The translations under genes and the position numbers were made by a program. A stretch of DNA of 58,531 nt, counting the filler, from Circinaria calcarea (taxonomy: Eukaryota): the NCBI GenBank assembly GCA_051942165.1. It is 6 parts of 6 records of this genome, joined end to end, with 100 filler letters (N's around TTAATTAATTAA, not from the genome) between each part and the next. Parts side by side here need not be neighbours in the genome. Positions count along the whole stretch, not along the records: positions 19,590 to 29,262 come from JAVECS010000898.1; positions 29,363 to 39,035 come from JAVECS010000899.1; 4 more parts are not named here. One strand, written 5' to 3'. The notes under the pieces were generated by a model that did not search any database, had not been told where the DNA came from, and saw only the letters and a list, made by a program, of their open reading frames with translations. Position 1 is the first letter of the stretch. Every line of letters begins with the position of its first letter. Shown here one piece after another: positions 24,574 through 34,253 of the stretch.

Positions 24574-24847
24574 ATGAATCAAATACTCGAGCAAAGATAC
24601 GTCGACAAGCAAAAGTTTTTTTCCTTGTTGTCAAGGTTGTTCGCAAATGGCACCTTCTCTGTGGAGGCAAGTTTTTCCTTATGGAGTTATATTACCGCTG
24701 TATTAACGCTCAGCAGGATACTGGAGAACATTTTATCATGACCCTCCCAAGAGGCCTCACCCAGGCAAGTTCTACCAATTACCATAGGTGCCATACTAGG
24801 TTCTTAAGGTAGCCTAGGACGAAATCCAGTCGGTGAGATCGGAGTAG
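24574..24847 (+). CDS. 56-aa microprotein, 3 exons (24574-24666, 24717-24764, 24818-24847), two GC-AG introns
   Basis: Spliced product MNQILEQRYVDKQKFFSLLSRLFANGTFSVE|DTGEHFIMTLPRGLTQ|DEIQSVRSE*. Both donors are AG|GCAAGT and both introns are phase 0 (50 and 53 nt). Intron 1 has a TTAAC branch and CAG acceptor. Confidence 0.75.
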
Positions 24848-24865
24848 GATCAGGGGTCGAATATA

Positions 24866-26434
24866 CAGTACTAGGCCAGAAAAAGTGGCACGGCGGGAAA
24901 ACCGGCCACCCCTCACCAAAATTAGGCTAATTTCTCTGCGCTTTTCTACATAACTTAATGAGATAATTGAAAGCTAAGAAACTTTTGTTTACGTGGTACA
25001 TGGTGTAGCAGCCCGTCGGCTGGTTTTTTTGGTGGTTTTGAGTGGCCTAGTACTTGGTACAGCACCCATCGGCTTGAATTATGGCTTCGCACCTCCTCGG
25101 CATACTCCTCACCAAACTCCTCATTAAATCCCTACCTATCAAAACCCATGCTCACTTCAAAGTAACGTATAACTCATCCAGAAGATGTTGATCCATCCCC
25201 TGTCATTCACGGAGTCCTGGGTTAAGTCAAAGGCCATGTTTTTCAGCTCATACCAGAGGTTTTTAAATCGGGTGAGATCTGGGCTATAGGTTGGCCATTG
25301 CATGACGTTTATACCGTGATCACTCAGCCAATCCAGTACCCATTGCGCACGGTGGATCGGAGCGTTATCCTGCATGAAAATGGGACCCGGCTGGCCAATG
25401 AAATCCTCTTAATCGACAAGCACACCAATATACGAGGCCGCTGTATATCCACCTCTTCTTCCTTTAGTATCACGGCTCATCCTGAGTAGGTCGGAGCGTC
25501 TCCCTCCTCGAAAAGCTGCCCAAATCATAACGCTAGGTGCCTTTCCTTTATGAAATGGTTCAATGATATCTCGGTCCTATTTCTGTTATGGGGTACAAAA
25601 AACCCATTGCCGCTTCCGGCCGGTTCCTAGCTCCACAGAACACTTATCACTCCACACCACTTTACGCCACTGATTGTAAGTCCAGTGGCGATAATTATAT
25701 GCACAGGCAAGCTCTTTAAACGATATAGCTGGTGTAAGAAGCGGGCGCTTTTTAGCTATCCATTGGGTGATCCCTTGCTCTTTTAGAAATCGACGTATTG
25801 TACGAGGAGAAACGTCGATTTGGAGGTTATAGAGGAGTTGAGAGTAAGTGATTTGAGGGTCAAACCGGACAGTTCGAAGGATTACTCGTTTGGCACGTTC
25901 GCGAAGCTGTTATCGACTTTCTGAGCCTTGTTGTCGATGATTAGAGCCTATTTCTTTCCATCGGTTTATGACGTTTTGAATGGAGCTTTTCGGAAATTTT
26001 TCGGATCTTGAGATTCGACCAAGGCTACACCCGTTTTCCCACACCCCTATAGTTCGTCCCTTGCTTAATAGAGTACAATGCGTTTGCTTTACATACCGTG
26101 AGCTCCGTGAAGTACGAGGAGTCATGGTTGTGGAGTGGAAGTGGTTGGGGAAAGTGGTATTGGTTTGGTCTAAATCATGCGTGGGGAAAAAAAACGGTCG
26201 CTATATTCTATTCAGAACCTTGGCCGGAAAATCGTTTTTCCGGTAGCTTGGATGCCTACTCCAAAAATTAAACATCTTTTAAATACTTTATTATTATACT
26301 TTTATAATAGTTCAAAACTTAAGAATATTTCTGCAATAAAATATATATATTTTCTAGGTGGAGTATCCAAACGCTGATTTTTTCCAGCCAAGAATTTTGA
26401 ATATAGGGGTATTAGTTTTTTTGGCCGGGCACTG
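24866..26434 (-). mobile_element. Tc1/mariner (Tc1-like DD34E) DNA transposon, degenerate, flanked by TA
   Basis: TA|CAGTACTAGGCCAGAAAAAG at the left end versus reverse complement TA|CAGTGCCCGGCCAAAAAAAC at the right end (15/19 identity). Contains a transposase pseudogene. Confidence 0.8.
25046..26125 (-). pseudogene. Tc1-like transposase pseudogene
   Basis: HTH region, AKKRPLLT, WRKVVWSDKCSV, SVMIWAAF, FMQDNAPIHRA, WPTYSPDLTRFKNLW, ADGCCTKY*. Multiple in-frame stops and the catalytic Glu is lost. Confidence 0.9.
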
Positions 26435-26582
26435 TAGAGGGCTGAATTAAATATCTTAAATAAGTAATAACTTATTTTTAATTTCATCATCTCTGCCCAG
26501 TCTTGTGGCGCTTGCTCACAGTCTATGTATTCGTATATAGTTAAGATTGACTAACTCGCTTCTGCTTCTGTATGAAAGAGAA

Positions 26583-28417
26583 TTAGAGGCGTCCGCGGCA
26601 ATGTCGCTTTTCCAATAGAATAGACAACCCCAGCGTTAATGCCGTACATCCAAGCGTGACAATAGCATATATCCAAAATTGTGGACTAATGACCAATCGA
26701 TTAGGTGAAGAAACAGCGCCTCGTGGCTGCGAATTGATCAGGTTGGAGCTAAAAATAGTCTATCGCAATTCGTGTCAGTATATCTCACTGCTCAAAATGA
26801 CACGAGAGCCCATATTTACCGCAATGAGTGTCGCAGGAAGGTACACGACTGTGATTCGCGTCAGCGTCTTCAAATTGAGTGTGTGCTCACGATTTTGTCG
26901 TGCCAGTTGCAACATATCGCCGCTGTCTGTACGTGTTGCTGCCGCATTCTGCCCCAATGTGAGCATGCTTGCCTCGAGGGCCTTGCTACTGCGCCTGATT
27001 TCATCTGTGAGGTAGAAATCGCAGATCTGCTTCAAGTAAGGCACGACTTAGCCTGTCTTGAGATTTAAGCATTTATCTTTCCGGCTATGCTTACAAGATC
27101 TGCCGTCCCATTTGAGGACTTTATGAGCGCGCCTATAACACTCTTATAATAGTCGAAATGATCAATGAGTTGCCTCATCTCGAGATGAATTGTGGGGTCC
27201 TCAGTGCAAACATTGGCCTTTTCAATTTCTGCGCAATGGGTGTCGCAGCTGTTGATGGTCGCTGAGATGCTTCCGAGTATAATTACTGAACGACGCAATT
27301 TGTGACGAATCTTTTGAAGTTGCTGACCATCAGAGAAAGAGACCCTGTAATCTCCTGGCGGTGCTTTGCCAACACGGGAGAAGCAGGCTTTTTCGTCCTG
27401 AAGGAACGTTATTCGCAAGGGCACTGAGCCTTGATGATCAAATGACCAACCAATGATTGCAAGGCCAAGCGTAGCTGACCAATATAAGCCTTCCAATGCA
27501 CTTGAGCAGAGCCTAGGAAGACGAGATGCGGCGCCATAAGACGGAATGCCACGTCGCTTGACTGCAGACAGATATTTTTGAACTGGTGCAGTACGGCATC
27601 GTTGGGCTGAATCAGAATCCACGTTGAGCAGCCAGTCCTGATGTCCATCTTCTGATAGACGGCCGTTTGCCGGATAGACCATTGGGAGCCTTCGGCTCGG
27701 CCGTTGTTGATCACATATCGAAAGGTGTAGGCCATCTCTTTGATTGGGCCCAAACAGTCAGCATGCATGCTTTTGATCATCAGGTTCGTGAAGCTTTGAT
27801 AATCATACCGTATCCCAATAGCTTATCAGTGCAATTAGGGTCCCAGGTACAAACTCGATGACAGCCCTCCCAGACCTCGTCGTCGTCATTTTGACGGAAG
27901 CCAAAGGCTTGTACGCAGTCCAGAAAAGATAAGAATACACGATTGATATTGAGGATGTTGAACATCAGATCTCTTGTGATGTTGAGATTATCCCAGGTGT
28001 ATTTTTGCCTGATTATGCTGGGTGTCTTCTCAAAACATAGGTATTGTCATGTCTAGATGATGAGAGCTCACTAGATCATGTTTTTGGCCTCACTTCGTAA
28101 AGACTGCGGCAAGTTGTCAGTCACATTTGAAGGGTACGACAATGCTATAGCCTTACGTACTTGGACAGTCGGAATGAGGGTTTTCGCGGAGTGTATACTC
28201 GTGATCATATCGAAGACTGCCCGCTATCAACATATGGTAGGCTGATTAAACTTAGAAGGAGCCTTCCTTTGCCATCCTTGGGCCATGACATCACTTCCAC
28301 GCTTCCTTGGTCCTGTTTGAAGACCCTTGCAGAGTCTTGCAGAATCCGCTGACGGTAAATTTCGGGGACCGCGACGCATGTTCGGCTCTGCGTCTGATTC
28401 ACAAAATATTCATCCAT
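26583..28417 (-). CDS. Fungal CorA-like protein: large soluble domain + two C-terminal TM helices, ~7 short introns
   Basis: IIRQKYTWDNLNITRDLMFNILNINRVFLSFLDCVQAFG, EMAYTFRYVINNGR..WSIRQTAVYQK..STWILIQP, DEKACFSRVG..DYRVSFSDGQQLQKIRHKL, LKTLTRITVVYLPATLIA|TIFSSNL (intron 26760-26819), FWIYAIVTLGCTALTLGLSILL. The first intron donor is not cleanly resolved. Confidence 0.82.
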
Positions 28418-28599
28418 TCGGGATGTCTCGTCTGTTTGCTTGCGTTTGGGCTGGAGATCCAAGCTTAATATGCCCGCCTTTTGTCGAGTAAGATACCCCG
28501 CCCTAAGGAACCGTCTGTACTAGGAAGTGCGCGCTCGCCTATTGGTAGTCTCTCGCAGATAGGATAATTCAGGTATTCGAGGATATGGAATTCCGGGCG

Positions 28600-29040
28600 G
28601 GGTGAAGGTTTTATAATTGGAATTTTGTTTATATATGTATGAGATAGTGATTATATATATATATACTTGTTTTCCTCTGTTGCTCAAATGCGGATGTTGT
28701 TTATATTTATAAAAATTTACAGATCAGGACTAGAGAATTTTGGCTTATAAAGAAAGTGGTATTAAAAAAAATGCAGGAAAGAAATCATCTTTCCTTAAGC
28801 CTTTTAAAGTCAGAGAACCTGTTTCTGCCCCTGTATTATTAAATATTCTTCGTTCTCTTCGTTTTGTAAATCCCCCCAAAATTGATTAGACTACTATTTA
28901 ATAGATATATATATATTATATATAACTTGAACATGGGCTTACCTATCCTGAATGGTGCTTTTTTCCCCCGCTCTGATGCATCTAAAAAGTGTAGTTATCA
29001 TGATCTTTTTATAGGAAAATAACCCTCAGTTGAGTTTCCT
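28600..29040. repeat. AT-rich, TpA-enriched (RIP-like) degraded sequence
   Basis: Sharp drop in GC with TATATA runs and no ORFs. Confidence 0.45.
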
Positions 29041-29262
29041 TGCACCTTGACGACCCCGGGCCGGCACCGAAAAAGGGGGGGGAAAAGTAAAATTAAAAGC
29101 CAAGTACAAAACCAGGCACCGCCCGCCGCAAGCCGGGAGCTAAATGCCCTTCTTCTTCTCCCTCCTCACCCATCTCAATCCCACCCTCTCCGGATGCAAC
29201 ATCTCGACCAGCAACACCATTCCACTATCCTGAATCATACTCTTGATTCTACCCCGCGCGGC

Positions 29263-29362
29263 NNNNNNNNNNNNNNNNNNNNNNNNNNNNNNNNNNNNNN
29301 NNNNNNTTAATTAATTAANNNNNNNNNNNNNNNNNNNNNNNNNNNNNNNNNNNNNNNNNNNN
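29263..29362. other. Artificial contig linker
   Basis: N44-TTAATTAATTAA-N44. Confidence 0.98.
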
Positions 29363-29380
29363 GCCCGGCCAGTCGCATCC

Positions 29381-30576
29381 TTAAGAGGACGCGCCAAGGC
29401 AGGGCTGCAAGCCAGAAGACGTCGCAGCAGACTGATGCGGAAAGTCGAGGGCGGAGGTGGCGGAGGAGAGGAGGTCGAAGTGATCTTGGCTGTGCTGATC
29501 GTACCCGTCGAAGGTGATGAAGGTGTCGTCGGTGTCGTTGCCGCCGAGGTGAGAGGATTGACCGGCGTCGAGATCAACCATTGAATCAAATGAAAAAGCA
29601 TTGGCGTCATCCTCGTGGTTGTCGGTAGCGGCGAGCCCGTCTTCAAAGAAATGAAGATTTGGTTGAGCGGATGCAGGAGAGTCGAAGAGACGGCCGAAAG
29701 AAGAGCCAGAGAGAGGTGAAGTTGCGTAAGCGTGAGCAGAGCGCGCATCGGTGGAGATAGAACTTCGTCGTGAGGTAATGTCGCTAGAGTTAACAACGGG
29801 CGCCAGGCTGCTCCGGACTGACACTGCAGGCCACACAACATCGCAGCAGGATGTTGTGTCATATCCGGAGAGGTGGCAGACCCGTTGTATTCTCTACGAG
29901 TAGGCGACGGCGATCGTGACGATGAAGAAGATGCGGAGGAGAATGATGAGCGAGGATCGAGGGTGTTCTGAGGTGAAGGGAGTGAGAAAGGATAATCCTC
30001 CAGTTCTTGTTTGATAGCCTGATCGTGCTGTAGGAGATCGGCGGTGAGGGTAGGTGACGGTGGGGAAGATGAACTGGGAACTTTCGAAAGTTGCTGGGAG
30101 GTAGCACCGCTCTTCAACAGTGCGGCTGCCATCTTTGCAACTTGTTGGGACAGCCTATACTTGTCATGTTCAACTTGCATGAGACGCTGCTTGAGCATGT
30201 AGTTCTGACGTTCGATGGCGTATTTCTCGCCTTCGAGCTTCTCGACTTCTTGCCGCTTGCGCTCCCGTGATGACTGAGCAGCTTGACGGTTTCGGAGGAC
30301 ACGCTCAATGCGACGCTGTTCCTTTTCGTCTTCCGTCTTCGCCCGTTTGCGAGGGGGGAGGTTCGTCTTGGGTGTTGGCAGCTCTTGACCCCACGACTTT
30401 CGCTTCTTCGTCGGCTTCCTCTCGCTCTCATCGTGCTGATTGACGGCCGTGAATGATTCCGGAGAGGTCGGCGTCAGCAGAGATGTCTCGGCCAGAGAGA
30501 TGGTGGCTGGAGGCCCGCCATAGTATTCGGGGGTGGTGGCATAAGCCCGGAGAGCTTCGAAGCCGCTGTTGTTCAT
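29381..30576 (-). CDS. hacA: UPR bZIP transcription factor HacA/Hac1 (induced form ~391 aa after removing 20 nt at 29827-29846; the uninduced frame runs off the contig)
   Basis: KKRKSWGQELPTPKTNLPPRKRAKTEDEKEQRRIERVLRNRQAAQSSRERKRQEVEKLE; DMTQHPAAMLCGLQCQ at the unconventional intron. The shifted frame AVSVRSS.. ends at 29381. Confidence 0.95.
29810..29870 (-). promoter_or_regulatory. Ire1-cleaved unconventional 20-nt intron with flanking stem-loop
   Basis: Minus strand ACACAACATC-CTG|CTGC-GATGTTGTGT (10-bp stem, 7-nt loop), a second site CTG|CAGT, and outer pairing CTCCGGA/TCCGGAG. Confidence 0.9.
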
Positions 30577-32463
30577 CTTTGCTCTGGTAGAATGGGGGAC
30601 TTGAGAGTTGCCGAAATGACCAGGCTGGATATGTGCAGCACGATGTCTTCGTTTCGCGGTGAAACCAACGGGGAACTTTGGATTATAATGAACAAAGTTG
30701 CTGACTGCTAGGCTCCAAGGGGCGTCCCCACAAGGTCTCTTCGACTCAGGAAGATGATGCCAGCTGTCCTCCCAAAATATAATCGGGTAACGAAGGGGGA
30801 TTAAGCGAGAAGGGGACTAGCGCCGGGGCCGGGAATGCCTAAAGGTAAAGTGACGAATGAAGGGGGTGTACGGAAACGAAGAACAAGAAAGGAGGGTCAG
30901 GTGATGTCAGGCTGTCGGTCGTAAGGGCAAAAGGAAAGAGGGAGATCAGAGGGATCTTTATATTTTCTACGTGTCCTCTCCGACACACCCCCTTCTCCTT
31001 CTCATCTTTTAGACTCGGCTTACCCCGTGTGCCTCCGTCTTACTTCTTTTTACTGCCTTCGAATGCGGCAAGACTTATGTTTCTAAATCCGAGCCGGGCC
31101 GGCTGTGGCTCCAGCTCAGCCTTTCGGAGCGTCAGGGAGTTTCACCAACATCTGAGAAAGCAAAAGAACACAAACGATGAGCCAACCCTCTCATATGCGG
31201 CACGCATGACTTCTGAAGCGCAGTTGGACGGGGTTTCAACATCACGGCACTGCAGCAACCCTCGACGATTGGACTCTCCACTCACTCCTTGCTCTCCCTT
31301 CCCCCATCCCACATTATTGCCCAGCCTCGCGTCTCGAAGAGGCATTGCCCCATTACTCATCCAGCCATTGGCGCCGATTCGGAGGGGCAGTCTTGGCTGA
31401 TGGAAATATGGTGATGCGAAAGGCATGTTGCTGATGTGAGGAGTAGTCGGCGCATTCCTCCAACCATTCCGGCGCGACAGGCATATTGATCATGTCGCAC
31501 ACCGCTTTTGTTTTGGCTTGCCGGCGAGCTTGGATGATTTCATCCGAGAGAGACAAGGCAGGCCATTGTGTAGAGGTACCGGGACGGCTAGAGTCGTAGC
31601 ACCCATATCCGCTCCGATGACCACACCTACGTGGGCATCTCATACAGTCCTCAGTTACAATGGAGCAATCGATGTCTGTCGTTGAAACTACTCGACCCTT
31701 ATGCGCCAACATTCTCCCGATTATCCGGAGAATCCGCGGGGGATGCGACGATGCAGCCCTTGCTGATACAGGAACCATCGCGTGCTCACCTGGGGTACTG
31801 AATCAGGGAGCAATACCGTCCGCATATGGCACACGGTGTAAAACCTTAACATGCACGACATCGTATCTCAACTCATCGGGGCCAACTATCCACCCAAGAG
31901 GTCCGCCGCCCAAGGACATCCCGCTGAACGAGTGACCAAAACCAACATTATTACAGGTATGCTGCGTTTGTCTATTGTATCTACTCCGAAGATGAGGTGA
32001 GGGGTCAGAAGTTTTGCCCCTCCTTTCGAGAGATGAATCGTCGAGGCAGCTCCCACAGGATCACAAGGTAATTATGCTTCAAACACCGAAACAAGTGTGT
32101 TAGGGTTGGGTGAAGAACGATGGCGTTTCAGATATAAGCATATCGCACTCCCGCAACGCGAAAAGCACGTTGCCGATCAGAGTTAAAGCCGCCAGACAAG
32201 CACTTGGTTCAATCAGATCAGCTTCCACCCTTTCCAACAAGGTAGACCCTCCCCCGAATCATAGGAACCCCTGAGTACTCCGCCACCCCCAAGCATCTTT
32301 GATTTGTTGCATTAGTCGTACCCAACCTTTACTGATTAGAAGCCTTGTTGGCAGCTGGGCGCTACAGTGCATTATGTGCTCTAATGTTGGCGGTCCTCTA
32401 ATTCTCCGTGGATAGCCCTGATTCTAGCTTTCTTGTCCATTGATTTCGAGATATGTTGGCTCG

Positions 32464-34024
32464 TCATACAGGATCCAGCACCATGGTATCATCGCCGCCG
32501 TCGTTGTCTTCTGCTTGTACGGGCACGCCCCTCCCTCTTCCTTCAAGTAACTCCCTCCGCACTTCTGGTCCAATCTCCTTGTGGCCCCTCACTAACAACA
32601 GGTCCAACAAGGCTTCCCGCTGGTCCTCTGTTATATCGTTACGATACCTTTGAGCGAATGCCAACAGGCTTTGGTGCCAAAGTACGGGTAGCTTCAGCTC
32701 TTTACCATTTGCTTCAGCAAGTCTGGCTATCGATTCGGTCCCGCTTTCGGGGTTGGTTGCACGAAATCTAAGGAAGTGGAATACCAAGTTGTCGATGACC
32801 TTATACGGTAGAGCGTATTTCTTCTCAAGGAGAACTCTGATGAATATGTTGGTTGCACCGCCACCCTCTGTCGATATGGACGCTTGCTCAGCTGCGATGT
32901 CGGTCAATCGCATCAGCGCTGCTGCTGAATGCAACACTGGAATCGATACTTTGACGAGTACACTCGAGATGATATGGGCTTCGCGAAGGGTACACGTCCC
33001 TGAGCCAACAAGGGGGAACAAGAACCCTTTGAAGAACGCGGCCGGTTTGTACAACGCCTTCTTCAAAGCATTGTAGAGGTGAACATTGAGCTTCTTGGTC
33101 TCGTGGATATCCTCCCGAACTCGGTCTAGTATTACAGACTCCAAAAACCTCCTAACCACGAAAGGATTCGACGAAACGAAGATCTTCGTTGCCTCGTAAC
33201 ATGCATTGGCTGTCCAAGATTCAGGCCTTGTGAGAGATAAAAGTTCCTCCCATTGCGGTAGCGTGGGGATGATCTTAAAGGGTTTAGGCAGCTTTCCGGA
33301 TTTGTACCTTGACAGTATCAGACCTATTCTACCAGGACTATCAGCACATTTTGCGGAGTTGAGTTCAATTTGGGTGAAATACTTCGAGTAGACTTCCACA
33401 ACCTTGGCGGGTAGCTCAATTGCATCTTCGGGCAGGCCACCTCCTTGTATGACCGGTTCCCCAGCTTGTGCAGCTTCATGCGCGGCAATTTGCGCCAAGA
33501 TGAGATCTGCTAGATTTGTGCCTTGGCCCTCCGCTTGGCTTGAATCCACGCCTGGCTCCAATGTGGGATCTTCAGATGACGGTATGAATTTGTTGAACAA
33601 GTCAAGGTCGTTTGGATCAACTTCCTATATGGGCCCGAGCTGAGCTTGGATACACTGTCAGGGTTCGTAACGTACCTACAACTTCCTCGACAATATCTTC
33701 GCCTTCGTCGTGCCAGGGATCTTCTTCTTGTAGATGGCCATCTCCATCAGACTCACTAGATCGATCGAACCGCGACTCGAAAGTAAAGGCAGTACTTGGC
33801 AGTGTAATCTTCAATTCCTTCTGTTCCTCTTCTGCAAGGTCCTGCCCAATCTTTAGGATCTTTCTCGACGCCCTTGAGTCTACAAAGCCATCCCCTCCAT
33901 CATCATCACGCCTAGCCTTCCTCTTGTTCGACTTTGTTCTCAGCGGACCTGTTGCCACCAGATCGTCCGACAAGGGTTTATGACGTCTGGGCGCAGAAGA
34001 TAATGGGGCAGTGGTTTTGGGCAT
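32464..34024 (-). CDS. ENP1: Bystin / Enp1 40S ribosome biogenesis factor; 2 introns (~33626-33679, 33329-33382)
   Basis: SRKILKIGQDL, YKSGKLPKPFKIIP, KKLNVHLYNALKKALYKPAAFFKGFLFPL, LLEKKYALPYKVID, LPVLWHQSLLAFAQRY, IGPEVRREL. Confidence 0.95.
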
Positions 34025-34253
34025 TTTTGGTGTATAAAGAATGTTCGATTTTTACTATCCTTGATATACTTTGATCAGCAGTCAAAGCCCTAAGACACAA
34101 TTTGTGGGGCATGTCAAAAAGTTGAACTAGAGATCAGGGATTGCACAGACCGCAGTTAAAATAAGACGCGGCTCCAAATGACGCACTGCCTTTTTAGCAC
34201 GGGTACGGAATACCCGCGCAGTAAATATACACTCCTCCAATTGATAAAGAAAG

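Noticed and set aside
25043..25056. Internal inverted match (GGCCTAGTACT) to the left TIR as the true element end
   Set aside because: It coincides with the transposase C-terminal TKY* codons and is not followed by G-TA; the TA-flanked end at 26434 fits better.
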